Source: Felis catus
Taxonomy: Eukaryota
Length of the DNA: 64,000 nt
Assembly (NCBI RefSeq): GCF_018350175.1
Contig: NC_058368.1
Span: 231,262,001-231,326,000 of the forward strand
Direction of reading: 5' to 3'
In this document: one piece after another, positions 1 through 16,000 of the stretch
Numbering within the stretch: the first letter of the stretch is position 1
How the letters are laid out: the number at the start of each line of letters is the position of its first letter
Program-made: the position numbers and the translations under genes
The notes under the pieces: model-generated
Databases searched by the model: none
What the model was told of the DNA's origin: nothing
What the model saw: the letters and a program-made list of their open reading frames with translations, nothing else

Positions 1-1053
1 GGTTCTGACCAGTTGTGGGAGGCTCCCCCTGGTGGCACACAAGTGAACTCGATCCCAAGACTGGCCAGAAAAATGGAACCCAGAGAACCACGCACACAAG
101 TAAATGGCGCACAAGGCACAGAGGCTGCGGGGACCTGGGAGCCCGACGGCTGGGCGTCTGACCTGCTCTACCGCTCGCCGGCCATGAGGTCCCGGCAGAG
201 GATCGGGCCTCGCCTGGAAGCTGTGGGAAAAGAAAGGTCTCCGTCCAGGGTGGTGGGAGAAGCGGGACGGTCGACGTCTTGGAACGAGGCCCGGTCACGT
301 CCGTCATGGTTACTTTAGGAAGGAGAATGAAGTGACAGCAGCCCACCCACGCATGGTAACCTGGGGACCCTTCCTCGCACCCGGCCCACTGCTCGTGTTC
401 CACGCCCCGCTCTGAACCTGCGCTGCTTTTGTCCCGCTGGGGAAGCCCCAGCCGTGCTCTAACGGCCCCTCCAGGTTTCTGCAGGGGGAGCAGGTGTCCG
501 GCCGTTTGGGGAGGGTCAGGACAGGGGCAACCAAACACCCAGGGGACATGAGGCTGGAACCCACGCTCGCTACGTGGCTGGCAGCTCAAAGCACTTAGGA
601 CCCCCCCCCCCCCCATCTCACACTTTCCCACACTCCTCAGGATGGGTCTCCACAATCAAAGGACCCATCTACTTAGAGACGCACGGCATTTAAATACGTT
701 TCATAGGACCAAGCCCGGTCTTCTTTCAAAGCTTGAGACCAGACTCCATGTTTAAGCTGTTACAAGTATCTACAAATTTAAAAAAAAAAAAAAGATCTAC
801 TCAACCAAACCCCTTCATTAGGGCAGCATTGGGTCGGTACAGCCAGTTTCTTAACTTGAAGAGAAGACAGCCGTTGTTTAAAGAGACCGCTTTAATAGAA
901 CAGATACAAAAGCCTGCGAGACCGCATTCCCATAACTGAACTTCTTTCAACAGGAGAACCATGGTAACTAAACAGCTGTTTCTATTATAGCATCTACAGT
1001 GTCTGAAAAAAGACACAGTAATAAGTAACTGTAGATGCATCACAAGACATCCA

Positions 1054-1063
1054 TTTATTTAAT
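1054..1063 (-). terminator. CCT5 candidate polyadenylation signal (overlapping ATTAAA/AATAAA); a second ATTAAA lies at 891-896
   Basis: tttatttaat on + reads ATTAAATAAA on -, about 45 nt after the stop codon. Confidence 0.65.
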
Positions 1064-1107
1064 CACAACAGTGAACCTTACTACTACATTTACTCTCAAT
1101 TTTTTCT

Positions 1108-1257
<150 letters not shown>

Positions 1258-1339
1258 TTATCCTAAAACATATGTATTTGATATTAGTAACTTGCTCTCA
1301 TTTTTACAAAGACCCTGAAACTTAAAAAAATATAAATCT

Positions 1340-1519
1340 GGGGACGACTGGGTGAGTCAGTTAAGTGTCTCTTGATTTCCACACAGGTCACGATCTCGAG
1401 GTTTGTGAATTCGAGCCTCGTGTCGGGTTCTGCACTGACAGCGTGGAGCCTGCTTGGGATTCTGTCTCTGCCCCTCCCCTGCTTGCGTGTATGCTCCCTC
1501 TAAAAAAAAAAAAAATTAA
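1340..1519 (+). mobile_element. CAN-SINE in CCT5 intron 10
   Basis: tRNA-like head, GGAGCCTGCTTGGGATTC core, A tail. Confidence 0.85.
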
Positions 1520-1972
1520 GAAGAAACCACTCATCCAGCTACATTTTCAGAGGGGTAGTAAGATTCCATTATTCCAGAGGACAGTCTGGAATTTGAACCT
1601 GGGTCCCAGAAAGCTGGGGGTGAAGGGGACCTCCCTTCAATGACAAGCCAAAGTGCTAGGTGACTGGCTAAAACCTTTCAGCGACATTTCATCCCACAAA
1701 ATATTCACTCACATAATTTAGAAAGCCCAATGTAAGCGAAAAAATCAGACTGTATATGAAACAAAATAATTCCAAGAAAGATGTAAACAAATTTCAGCAG
1801 AACCAGGCATTCAAGTTAAAGAAAATGTGAATATCTGTCTGACAAAGAGTTGCTGCTCTTATTAAACTCTGCTGGCTGTGAACATGAAAACCAGGACATA
1901 GCTGCTGTTCTACATAAAAGCACAGATCATCTGATTCCGTGGGCTGGGAGTGGCTGCAAAAGTGCAGACCTG

Positions 1973-2178
1973 GGGGTGCCTGGGGGGGGGGCTCAGTTGG
2001 TTAAGCATCTGAACTCAGCTCAGGTCATGATCTCGTGGTTCGAACTCGAACTCCGTATCGGGCTCTGTACTGACAGCTCAGAGCCTGGAGCCTGCTTCAG
2101 ATTCCATGGCTCCCTCTCTCTCTGCCCCTTTCCCGCTTGCGTGCTCTCTCTCAAAAACAAACATTAAAAAAAAAAAAA
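1973..2178 (+). mobile_element. CAN-SINE (feline type) in CCT5 intron 10
   Basis: GGGGTGCCTGG head, (CT)n, A-rich tail. Confidence 0.9.
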
Positions 2179-2563
2179 TGTGGGCCTGGCCCATTAGTGA
2201 GAAATCACTGGCACCACCGTTCCAACAAGCTTAAGTGAAATCACCCTCTAAACTACACACATGGTTACGGTCCCAGTACGTCACATCTGAAAACACCCCT
2301 AAGTCCCGGACGAAAGCACAAAATAAGCAGACGGCACCAAGTCACCTGCCGGGCTGCTTCCCAGGACATCCAGAACCTACCTGACAGACATCGGTGTTAA
2401 AGAGCAAGAGAAGGAGGACTTTCTAAAACCAGAGACTGAAACGGAAGTCGCCTTTGGTGTAAGCCAGCGTGCTACAGCTTACTGTTATTAGGCAGTGCCG
2501 CGTTACAGGACCAGCAGCCTGACCAAATCCTCAGGTAATCAAACCGAAACATTCTACAAGTTA

Positions 2564-2893
<330 letters not shown>

Positions 2894-3346
2894 TTATTAG
2901 CAAAAAACAAGACAAAAAGCAGGCAATTTGGAAGGGTAAATTAAATCGCATACTTTGGAAACCTAACTCACGAAGAATTCTAAGAATAGGCCGTCTTGAT
3001 TATTGTTAAACTACCAGGATATTAAAAGGTCACGACAGAGTAAGGACGGAGAAGACAGACATGTGAGAGGAGTCTGAAGACAAATCAGCTCTACTTTTAG
3101 TTATGACAGTCACGATATTCAATTTATTTGGAACTTCAAATGAGGACACTGAAGACTGGAGAGCGGTTACTGTCAAGGCTGGAAAGGTTGAAAAGGCTGA
3201 GCAATGCTGGTTTTCGGGAGGCTGAGCCTCAGTACGAGGGTGAGGACCAGGCGCTGCTCACCCACGGCGACGACACTTTGTTTCCCCCAGTTTGTTCAGT
3301 CCCACTGCCTTACGCCTTAGGCCTGGAGGCCCCGCACGGGTTTTAC

Positions 3347-3484
3347 CTGGTCCGCTTCCTGGCTGACGGCCAAAGCACACGAGATTTCGGCGGCGCCTCC
3401 GCCATACACGACACGATTGTCCCGGATGAGGTTCCGGATGACACACAGAGCATCGTGAAGGGATCGCTTTGCTTCCTCGATGAT
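3347..3484 (-). CDS. CCT5: CCT5 exon 9 ([46 protein letters not shown])
   Basis: 138 nt, CAG acceptor and GTAAAA donor; contains the chaperonin RSLHDA and GGGAAE motifs. Confidence 0.97.
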
Positions 3485-4002
3485 CTGGGGAAGACAGTTC
3501 CGCAGAAGTTAACATTAGCACAATCTAGTGTTTTAGAGTCAAATCCGCGGCGCCTCGTTGAACCTGTTTGCCGGGTACCGGCATCAAAGCCACCTTGCTT
3601 AGGAACAAATGGAGAGCACGCACCAGAATGTTCATTACCGGGTGATTTCTGCCGTTCTCCCCCTTTTCTCTGCCACGTGGTTACGTGAACACCAGGCGGA
3701 GGCAGCCAGTGACTCATTTCGGGACACGTGACCACGGGAAGTGGTCAGATGAGCCAAAACCGACCAAGAGACACCTGAGGCCCGTCTCACGGATGCCGAT
3801 GCGGTACAGACCCACTCTCGCGGGAGGGAGATTAGCAGCGTGGATGCACCCGGGCCCCTACTTCCACCCGAGCGACGCAAAAAAGGCCTGCGTAGCACTA
3901 ACAGGTAGCACCGAATATGGTCTTCGGTGATTTTACACCTCGGTAAGCCACGGTTTCTTTGAGAAAAATGATCGTTTTTTGAGAAATGGCACCCGTACCT
4001 CA

Positions 4003-4266
<264 letters not shown>

Positions 4267-4765
4267 CTAGGCGGGGTGGGTCGGGGGAAGGAAGGCGCTG
4301 GTGAGCAGTGGGCTCTCACGATCAGACCGCAGAGGAGCCAAATTCCACCCAGGGCTACCTCGTGCCCGAACTGCAATCCACTCTAGCCTCAAATTTCAAG
4401 GTCAACCCAAGAAGGCACACGAAACAAGTGGGTTTCTGAGGAGCCGGTGTCTCGGGGTGACGCCACCACCCTCCGTGTCACCGTGTCCTGACCGGATCGC
4501 ACCCTGGCTGCGGTGAGGACCGGAGGCCGAGCCTGCCCCGGGGCACGGACCACGTGTGGGACGGCGGTCGGCGTGTGGCTGACACACCAGTCGGTAAGCA
4601 GGTGTCCCTGCCTCAGAGAGCCAAGTGGGACGACACACGGAAAGCATTTCTAAATCCCACGGAACACCCGAAACTCGCAGCACTGTGGCTGAAATAGAGA
4701 AAGATCGCAGCACTCTCCTCTCTCCCCGCTGGCCCTCTAACTGTGGAGCCTTGACACTGTGGTTA

Positions 4766-5005
<240 letters not shown>

Positions 5006-5208
5006 TTAGTAAGTATTCCTTGTGCTCGGGGAAAAAGATGAGGCGCACAGAGGGGCATGAGAGGTGGGAGCGTTAAAATAAAGCAGAGAAAAGAGAAGGG
5101 AGGAAGCACAGAAGTGTCTACCTTCTGTCAGGCCCAAATCCCAAATAATGAGCAAGTATCAAAGGGAATCACTTCAGTTCTTGATATGCTTTCAGAATCA
5201 GTACTTCA

Positions 5209-5299
5209 GGGGCACCTGGGTGCTCACGCAGTTAAGCATCAGACTCCATCTCGGCTCAGGTCATGATCTCACACTTCGTGAGTTCGAGCCCGGCTCTCT
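5209..5299 (+). mobile_element. 3'-truncated CAN-SINE head
   Basis: GGGGCACCTGGGTG...GTTCGAGCCC only. Confidence 0.75.
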
Positions 5300-6143
5300 G
5301 CTTTCCTTCTTCCGTGACCCTCTGTCCGTTAACAGCCGACTCGTTCCTGCACATTCCTCGCTTCTGCCACGTTCTCCCCGGGGGCCAAACCTGGTTGTCC
5401 CCTGGAAACCAGCCTGCCTCAGCATTTGTCCTCACACGGCTCTTTCTCCTCCCTCGTGCCCCTCACAAGTACCTACAACGTTCCTCTTTGGGCCATTCCT
5501 GTTCTTTAAAAACATGCAGCCCATCACCTTCCTGTCATCATCCCCGGCAACCCGCATATCCACCAACACGCCTATCCGATTCCCTCGGCCTCTTAGGTCC
5601 TGCCACCTTGTCGCCCCGGGCACCCTGCCTGGCATTTCCACGGCAGCCTTGTAGCCCAGGTGACGGGTCTTCAGCCCCTCCGACCTCTCAGCATGCCAAC
5701 CCTGCTCCTGCCTCAGGGCCTCTGCACCCGCTGTCCGTCCCAGCTTACCCCAGCCGGGTAAGTGCCCCTCCCCCAGGTAGGTGGGTCTCTGCCTGAGAGG
5801 CCCCGTCTTTAGCACGGCCCCTACCCACCATCCCCTTACTCTGCGCCGCAAGAGCAACGGCTCTACTTTGGTCGCTGCTGTGTCTCAGGTCCCTACGACG
5901 GTGCCTGGTATGAGGTAGGCGGAGACACAGATCACGCAGGAGCAGACGAACCCAACTCCCCCCCTGAAGAGAGACATCCACGTAACTTCTTGCCTGTCTG
6001 TCACGAGTAACGTTTCAACCCATACCCACGTCCACGTACCCGTGTGCGGATGCTGGAAGTCCCCAAGGACAGAGGCCCAAAGAGGAACCACTGTCAGGGT
6101 GTGCATGCTTATTAGCAGCCTGAGGGGGAGAGTTGAGGTGTTT

Positions 6144-6365
6144 AATTTTTTTTTTTTCCAACGTTTTTATTTATTTTTGGGACAGAGAGAGACAGAGCAT
6201 GAACGGGGGAGGGGCAGAGAGAGAGAGGGAGACACAGAATCGGAAGCAGGCTCCAGGCTCCGAGCCATCAGCCCAGAGCCTGACGCGGGGCTCGAACTCA
6301 CAGACTGCGAGATCGTGACCTGGCTGAAGTCGGACGCTTAACCAACTGCGCCACCCAGGCGCCCC
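6144..6365 (-). mobile_element. Young feline CAN-SINE with target-site duplication (TSD)
   Basis: Near-consensus with CpGs intact; AGGTGTTTA repeated on both flanks. Confidence 0.93.
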
Positions 6366-6667
6366 AAGGTGTTTATACCCTGAACATACGAGCTTGGCTT
6401 AGATGCGTCCAGGACAGTATCGTAAAATCAAGAGCGCAGCTCGAAGGTCACGGAGCCAACTCTCTGAGGCGCTCCAGACACGTGAGCATTTTGTGAATCG
6501 GGTCTCTTCCCCCTTAAGCCTTTCTGTGCCACCTGATTTCTTCTCTCTGTGAATGCTGATGACTATTCTAACTTAAAAGTGAAAAAAGGGGGCTCACACC
6601 GACACGGCACCTGCAGCCACGCGCTGAAGAATCAAGACGGTAAAGAGGAGTGCCACGTTACCACCTA

Positions 6668-7158
<491 letters not shown>

Positions 7159-8677
7159 CTACAGCCACAGCAGGACCCAGAACGTAACGTGGCAACTTAG
7201 ACACGTCTTATAAAACGAAGGACGCTCAGACTCTGTAGACAGCTATGCCACTAGAACCTCCACTTTCAAGTTTGGGGCAGGGGTTCTCAAGCTGGGATCC
7301 ACAGAACCCAAAGAGAGCCATAAACTGGGACGGGAGAAAATGACATCTTGTGTAAATGGGGTGCAGCATTCAGTAAGAAGCCAGAGGACTCCACATGGCT
7401 GCTTCCCTTGCAGGAATTTCCACCAACATCAGTTCCGGGCGGGGGCGGGGATCTTTTCTGAAAGCTTTGAAACATCTGAATAAATTGCTCAATAAATTTA
7501 CTTTTGGTTCTGGAAAAACTTCAAGGGAAATTTAATACTTGAAACAGTGCATGAAATCTCAACTCATCTTAGAGAAAAGATAATGGGGAAACCGTAAACA
7601 TTAGTGTCCTAAGTGATTTATAACTTGCCTCACGCTATGTTTGGCCGCTGTCAGTTGTTTTGAACATTTTCTGTAGTAAAGACCTATACATACATGGATT
7701 TTACAAAGACTTACAAATATAACAAGATCAACTTACAAAGCAATGATAAGATTCGTGCATTTCAACTAGGACACTTTCCTTTCAGGAGAACAATAGTGTG
7801 CCGTGACAGAGACCATCCCGGTGGCCCCCTTGCCCAGCAGCTGGTCTCAGCACCCGTATAAGAGGGCACCTGGCACCCAGCACATTCTAGCACAGCATGG
7901 CGGCAGAGGCTTCTCCCTAGGGGTGGAGAGGGCAACAATTTTGTTGCACTTCCCCTGACCTCTGAATCAAGGCCATGCCTTTTTGCTAAAACTACCACAC
8001 AAATTAAAGTTTAAAATGTTTCTCACCCTGATCTTGATTCGAAAAACCAGTAATAAAGCTCCTCATACTAGAATTTTTATGCTACATCGTGCCAAGAGCC
8101 CACAGGTCTCCATTATTGTTCAAATAAGTGTCTTTTGGCTGAGGCTGCTTTGGGTCTCCAGAGGACAGAGACTGTGTCTCTGTGCCCTTAAGATGTGGCA
8201 GCAGGCCTGGTAAATAGCAGGCATTATGCAAGCGTGGAAAACACCCCATGTAAGTCACTTTCAAGACTGCCCCTTCTCACTAAATTAAGATTCTGGACCA
8301 GTAACTTGCTTGGTCAATAATGAAAAGTAGAGCCTCTCCTCCTAAATGGCTTCCTAGCAAAGAAATGGTAGAAGGTGTTTTGAAGGCTAACATTCCCCAA
8401 GCAGGACCATTTATTTCTGCTTGACTGCTAACACAGCCTATCCTGCTAAATCAAAGCCCTGGATCTCTTACAAATACTGAGAGGATTTAATACCCAAGCC
8501 TGGAACTTCAGTTTCCAACTAAAACACAAGATGCATGTGGCTACACCTGCATTAGAAACAAAGCAAAGCAAAATAACAACAAAAGAAGAAAGAAGTTCAT
8601 CGAGTCCGCATGAAGCTACGTGCGATCGTTACAAAAGGAGGTTTTTAGCAATAAGCACACACGTTTTGCTTCCTCTA

Positions 8678-8977
<300 letters not shown>

Positions 8978-9184
8978 CTACACCCTGGGAATGTGAAGGG
9001 TCCAATATTAAGGCAAAAGGATCTGGGAGGCTGAAGTGTTGGTTTTGCTTCTAGCAAAGATCTAACAGGTCACCCCTTATAAACGGATGTTCAGCTCTCA
9101 GTGATGGACAAAACGTAAGTGAAGAACGTAACCTAAGAACGTTTAAGGGCAAAAAGCTCGTGTTTCCCGAGCCAAGGATTTCGT

Positions 9185-9286
9185 TTTAAGATTTTTTAAA
9201 GTAATCTCTACACCTAATTTGGACTTGAACTTACAACCCTGAGGTCAAGAACTGCATGTTCTACCAACTGAGCCGGCCAGGCGCCC
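9185..9286 (-). mobile_element. Short tRNA-derived carnivore SINE
   Basis: Reverse complement of GGGCGCCTGGCCGGCTCAGTTGGTAGAACATGCAG... with an A-rich tail. Confidence 0.75.
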
Positions 9287-10001
9287 TGCCAGGAGAGGGA
9301 TTTCTAGTCAGTAAAATTTGTGCTGGTGATAAGAGAATTTATATATAATATGCTTATGGTTTATCCTCCCCACCACCTTCCTTCCTCCCGTTATTTTAGG
9401 GCCACAAAGATGATGATATTTGTTTTAATACTGCTATACTCCAAGCACATCCATAACAGTGCTTGGTTCCCAACAAATACTTGCTGAATAAATGAATTCA
9501 AACCTCATCTGCAGAAAAGGTAACGTTAAAACTATTTCTCTCTTCCATCTTCCCCATCTCTAAGTATATCAGAACTTCAGAGAAAGCGTAAGAACATTCA
9601 AATGAATCGTTTACTGATTAACGCTATTTTGCCACATTTGTTTTCTCTACGAACCCACACCTATTCCCTTCAACTATGTGAGAGGCACAGAAATCATGAC
9701 ACGTCTCAGCTGTAAGCTAAGATACGAGGGCAATCTCCCTATCACTCTAACATACCTGTCACACTCAGGACACTTAACAGGGCACTACTCTGCGATGCAC
9801 GATCCACAAATCCTCCCATGTATCCCAAACACCCCCCACAGTTTAAACAAAGAAAAAGCCCGCATCCGATCAAGTGTTCTGCATTACAGCCGCGTGTCAT
9901 TTCTCTTTGGCTCCCCTGATCTAGAAGAGCCGCTTAACTCTCCCCTGAAGAACTGTCCTGTTGTTCCAGGACAAGGACTTCTGAAGAGTCTGGGCCGCTT
10001 A

Positions 10002-10439
<438 letters not shown>

Positions 10440-10781
10440 TTACAGAATTTACCAGAAAAATTCAGCATACATAAGAGAGTATCTGTGTGCATTTTTGCAC
10501 TGGCGAGTACAAAACCACCTAAAGGGCTAAAACTAGAGAAATGGGGGTGAGGAGCATCACTAAATGTATTAATTACAAAAAATGACAGCCCTGATGTGGA
10601 AAATGCTAATAAAATGTTAAAAGAAGAAAAAAACCTCTGACCTAAAATTGTATGTGCGCTTATAAACGTGTTTAAAGCCTGAAATACACAAAACAAGTGT
10701 GTCAGTGCCAGAGGCCTAGGACGCCCCCTGCTCCATGTCCCAAATTTCTGTAAAAGGGTTCCATCAACTCTCCACGATTTA

Positions 10782-10880
<99 letters not shown>

Positions 10881-10936
10881 CTAAATGAAAGACACAGAAA
10901 AGGTTCAAGTTACGAATTAATAATTCAGTGGTTTTC

Positions 10937-11130
10937 TTTAAAGTTTATTTTTATTTATTTTGAGAGAGAAAGAGAGTGAGCACAAGAGGGAGAGAGCAGA
11001 GAGACAGTGAGAGCATCCCATGCAGGCACCCCCCGACATGGGGCTTGAACTCATGAACCATGAGATCGTGACCTGAGCTGGAGTCAAGAGTCAGATGTTT
11101 AACCGACTAAGCCACCCACCCAGGCCCCCC
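10937..11130 (-). mobile_element. CAN-SINE in CCT5 intron 1
   Basis: TTTATT tail, (GA)n, GACCTGAGC...CCACCCAGG. Confidence 0.85.
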
Positions 11131-12155
11131 AATTTTTAATAGTTAGAAGCATACACTTGATGATTATAAAATCCAGTCATACAGAACAGTTTCTGTTCTC
11201 CAGAAGCTTCTACATTTAAGAGGCAACACCCAAGTCTAAACCTTGTCGTGATAACCACCAGCTTCAGTAGCTAATTCTTACGCAAAAGAATGAGAGCCTA
11301 GAGCTTTAACTCCCAGCACACCTACAAGGCAGGTTCTCTTATCTGCCCCACTTCACAGCAGGTGCGGTCTGACGGCACAGGGACAGGCCTTGCAAGACCG
11401 TCCTGCAATGCTAGCCTCATGTCAAGAGTCCAGATGTACACGTACAGCCCCTTGAACCGGCATACTAGCAGAAATACACCCAGAAACTGACGGCTGAGTC
11501 AATACACAACCCATAGGTGAAAAGTCACCCTTGCCATCTGCCCAGGGCATCGACAGCTAACTCAATGGAAACCTGCAAGCATCCTTTCCTGCTTGCACAC
11601 ACGATCAGCAGTGTGTTTTTTCTGCAGATGCTGTTTCCTTCGTTCCTTGTCTTGCTGTCACCAGCCTGGCCTGGCTCCACAGCACCCTACAGAAATCCGG
11701 GGTCTCTGATCTCACCTCCTGTCCTTTAGGTCCATCCGACGCCCAGCTAACTCACCCATTTTCCTCAACCGTGTCATCTGCCGGTCCCCAAACCTCCAAT
11801 GACTCCCTAGTGCCTCAACATGGAGTCTGAAAGCTTCAGTTTTTCTTCAATGCCCCCCACAATCTGAGACCTAGTTCCCTTCCAGTGACGATGGCGGTCC
11901 ATGTGTCCCCCCCCCATATGCCCTCTGATCCTTGAAGCGCTAATGCACCGAAGGCCCTCCAGTCATCAAAACGCTGACCGACACTGAACGCAGTTCAAAT
12001 GCCCATGATCCGCGGAGCCCTCCCTAGTCACTGCATCTGGCAGCTGAGACAAGACACAGAGTTCACGGATCGGTGAAAATACTGGTAACCACGAAAATAC
12101 ACTTTGCCCAATCTGTCAGTGTAATGGACTTTTTAGAGGAAGGTAATCACAGGTA

Positions 12156-12368
12156 AGCCGCTCTTAACCAGGGAGGATTCTGTCCCTCAGGAGCCCCCTG
12201 GCAATGCCTGCAGACATTGCTGGTTCTAACAAATGGGGTGGGAGCCGCTAACAGCACAAAGTGGGTAGAGGCCCGTCTGCTGCTCCGCGTCCGACAGAGG
12301 ACAGGCCCCCACAACAAAAAGAATGACCTGGCCCCGAGTGCTAACCCTGCCGATGCTCCGAACTCTGG
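12156..12368 (+). mobile_element. MER20-like hAT DNA transposon relic
   Basis: Resembles recalled MER20 consensus (GGCAATGCCTGCAGACATT...GTGGGTAGAGGCC...GGACAGGCCCCCACAACAAAAAGAAT). Confidence 0.7.
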
Positions 12369-13149
12369 CTTTGGAGTCAGCCAGGGGTGGGCTTGAATCA
12401 CGGCCCCGTTCTGGGTTAGCTCTGTCACCTTACCCGCTCCGGGGCCACGCTTGCAGCTGTCACCCCAATACCTACACCTCCGAGCGTGAGGATCGTGTGA
12501 TGCAGAGTACGAGTGCCCGTCAACTAGCTAGCGTGACAGCTCACGCACAACACGTAGCTTTTGTCGTGCTGTTACACACGAGGCACTGGAGGGTATGTTC
12601 TCCGCTGGTTCCTTTAAACGAACGATGAAACGGAGTATGTGATACAAGCGCTCGAGTATCCACCACAGATGGAGCACCGGGTGGCCCCTGCTTAAGTCGC
12701 CCCGTTCGATCCTCATCCCCAGCTCCACAGAGGCGTGCCGCCCCCGCCGAGAAAGGAGGTTCAGAGAGGCTGTGCAGCTTGTCCTAAGGCAAACAGCGAG
12801 GGAACTCTACGGTTTGTTTCTTCGTCTGTTTAAACAGGCTTGCGCTCACCTGGACTCCTGGCGGTTTAACGCCTCTGGTCTTTCTTGGCCCCTTTGGTCC
12901 ACCAGACCCTACTTTCTGAAGCACGCTTCTACCTCAACCGTGGCTCTGCTCAAACCCCCCTCAAGGGCTCCCTCCTTCCAGGGATAGCATCTTGACTGTG
13001 GGGCATTCAAGGGCTTCCACCTTTGGGGCCCTACCGTTCACTGAGACGAGACTGTGCTCCTTCCAAACCAGATTGCTCTTCTGCCCTACAACGTGCCATG
13101 CGTTCTGCCCAGCTTTTGGCTTTTGCTGTCCCTTCTCCCCCAGGTGCTA

Positions 13150-13187
<38 letters not shown>

Positions 13188-13817
13188 AAAGCAGTGACGC
13201 CATCCCCGATCAGAAGCCAGTCTCCACTAAACGTCTCTAGGACACCCTCCAACTTTTAGCTGCATCCGTAACTGGTGATTCCAGTCACACGCTGCCTTGT
13301 GTTACGGTCACTGGTGTCCACTTTCCACTCTTGCGGTGGTAAGTTTCTGCGTTAAAAGCACACGTTTTTAATTTTCACGACACCGCATCCAGTATTACGC
13401 CACGCATTGCAAGAAATTACTCTATAACCGACCAAGTCTTTAAGGAGTGACCGGAAAACGAACGGCATCCTCATGGGCTATTGTTTCTCTCGTAGCCGGG
13501 TGACCTGAGAATGACCTCTGCCTTTCCCGATGGAAACACCGTAAGGAACGACCACAGGCTGGAGAAGCGATCGGAGACGCGGGCTCAGAGCCTAGGACTT
13601 GAACCCGCCCCACCCAACGCTGAAGGGCGCTAGCGGCTCCACCCCAACTCCCAAACCGGGATTAAAGGCTTCTACATCGGCCTCTCCCGAGCTAAAGGAG
13701 CGGGGTGCAGGGCCGAAGACGAGAGGGGATCCCCGACCTTTCCGGGGAGCACATGGCTGAACCGCTCCCATGCTTGCGCAGGCGCAGAGCCGCGGGCTTC
13801 GGCCGCCTCCCCTCTCA

Positions 13818-14069
<252 letters not shown>

Positions 14070-14401
14070 TTATTTTTCACGCGAGACTAGTTTAACGCCA
14101 CACCGTAGCTTCTGGAATCAGGGGCCTCAGGGAACTTCTATCGTCCAGGACCCTGTCGGGGAGAGGAAGCTCGAAGACGCGGACGGGAACTTAAAACCCT
14201 CCAGCCGAGAGCAGATCGAGCTCATCTGCTAAAGCTTCACGCTCGAGAGTTTCTGGGCAGGGGGCCCCAACGAGGAACTCGTTTCGTCACGCCGTTAGTT
14301 TCTCCCTCCGTGCCCCCCCTCCCCGGCTCGGAGGAGATGGTAGAACCCACTTCCGGATTTCCATCCTCCCAGCCCCGCCTCCGGCCGCAGGAAATCTCGC
14401 G

Positions 14402-14417
14402 ATGGAGGGAGGAGGCG
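14402..14417 (+). CDS. ATPSCKMT: ATPSCKMT (FAM173B) coding exon 1 (MEGGG-G)
   Basis: GCGATGG Kozak context, 16 nt, donor G|GTGAGC; the MEGGGG start matches my recollection of the FAM173B N-terminus and is in frame with exon 2. Confidence 0.9.
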
Positions 14418-15091
14418 GTGAGCCGGCGGGCGCGGCGGGCTGCCGGGGTGGCGGGGCCGGGCTTCACGTTGGGCTCCTGGCCGGGCGGGAGTGGGAGCCG
14501 CCGGCCGCAGCCCTGGCTCGGAGTCTGGCGTGCGGGGCGCGGGCCGCAGTGCGCGCGCTAGTACCCGCGTCTAGCTGCCCGGAGCTGTTCTGAGCGCCTT
14601 AGGGCGAGTGACTCCCGGCGTGTGCAGCACGATCTTCTGAGTTGACCGGGGTGCCCCCGTGTGGGTGGGGATCCGCGTGGCCCCTTGCCAGCTGGGTCTC
14701 GGTGGGCAGTAGCCTCTTCGTGCCTCGGTTACCTTGCTTGCAAAAATAGCAATGGGAACCGTACTGTCTGCCTTGCACGGCTCCTGAAAGGATTCGGGGG
14801 GAGCAGTGCCGGGCCCTTAGCAAGTTCCGTGTAAGTGTTCGTTGAAGAAATCCTCATTGTGCACATCGTCCAGTAACTTGGCCAACTTCAGACGGCTAGT
14901 AAGAAGCAAGATTGTGTAGCGCTAAGGGTCCCACTCCAAAGCCCCGCTTTGTGCTGCCTTGGCGATCTTCCCTGGCCATTCTATCTTTCTAATATTCTGT
15001 CCTCTAAATAGCTTCTGCCGCCTTTGCTTGAGAACACTGATCATGAGCTAATAATCCTTTACAGGCTTAGATTCGGCCACAAAAAAAAGAA

Positions 15092-15415
15092 CAGGTGACC
15101 TTTGAACAATGTGGGCGTTCGGGGTGCTGGTGCTGTCTACACATGTGCAGTCAGACCTGTGCAGTCAAAATCCACCTATAACTTTCGACTCCAGCCCAGC
15201 CCCCTCCCCCCCGCCCAAATTTTACTAACAGCCTATTGGTCAGAAGTCCGCGTTTTTGTTTGTATGTTATATGCCGTGTTCTTATGATAAAATAACCTAG
15301 AGGCGAGGTGTTATTAAAATCATAAAAGAAAATGAATTTGCATTTCTCTATGAAAAAAAATCCACCTGTAAGTGGATTTGCGTAGCTCAAACCCGTGTTG
15401 TTGAAGGATCAAGTG
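15092..15415 (-). mobile_element. Tigger2a-like TcMar MITE with terminal inverted repeats
   Basis: CAGGTGACCTTTGAACAA at the left end and TTGTTGAAGGATCAAGTG+TA at the right end are degenerate TIRs. Confidence 0.75.
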
Positions 15416-15426
15416 TACTGATGCTC

Positions 15427-15738
15427 GGATCTTGGAAACATTATGCCAAGTGAAGGAAGCCATTCCTAAAAGACCACATACTGTATGAGTCCACTTCTGT
15501 GAAAGTCCAGAATAGGAACCCTAGGGACAGAAAGTCAGTTAGTGGTTGCTTAGGCCTAAGGTGTGAAAGGAAAGGTGGGGGGTGATAGGTAAAGCTTAAG
15601 GGTAATGAGAATGTTTTTAAAATTGACTGTGGTGATGGTGACATCTATCTATGAATATACTGAAAACCTTAGGATCATATATGTTAAATGGGCACATTGT
15701 GTGGCATATGAGTTACATCTCAATAAAGCTGTTAAAAA
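15427..15738 (+). mobile_element. Old L1M 3' end fragment
   Basis: AAACATTATGCCAAGTGAAGGAAGCCA...CTCAATAAAGCTGTTAAAAA, typical of L1MB-type 3' UTR. Confidence 0.75.
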
Positions 15739-15774
15739 CTATGGATCTCTTCCCAAGCATAGTATTGAGACTGA

Positions 15775-16000
15775 CAATAGTAGCCAACAGTTATCACTTA
15801 CTGTCTCGTTTAGAGCACTAAGTGCTTTATCTGTATTCTTTTTTTTAAGTGTTCCAATAATCCTGTGAGGACAGTATCGTTTCTGAATTTTACAAGCGAA
15901 GATTCTGAGCCTTGGCAAAAACTTATCTAATGTTTCACACTAGTTAACTTCTGTGACTCCAGAACTTGAGGACTCAAATCCTTTTAACCACTGTACTGTA
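15775..16000. mobile_element. MIR fragment (others at ~12560-12900, ~14710-14830, ~17470-17640, ~39200-39340)
   Basis: Degenerate MIR core (AATCCTGTGAGG...ATTTTACA...CTGAG). Confidence 0.5.

Noticed and set aside
3128..3688. 186-aa plus-strand ORF, and similar ORFs at 8531-8974 and 6829-7200
   Set aside because: Antisense shadows of CCT5 exons; the open antisense frames are explained by codon usage
9185..9286. tRNA-like sequence with A and B boxes
   Set aside because: Degenerate and A-tailed, so a tRNA-derived SINE rather than a tRNA gene
14337..14339. Upstream ATG 65 nt before the ATPSCKMT start
   Set aside because: Out of frame and may lie upstream of the TSS; no evidence that it is transcribed
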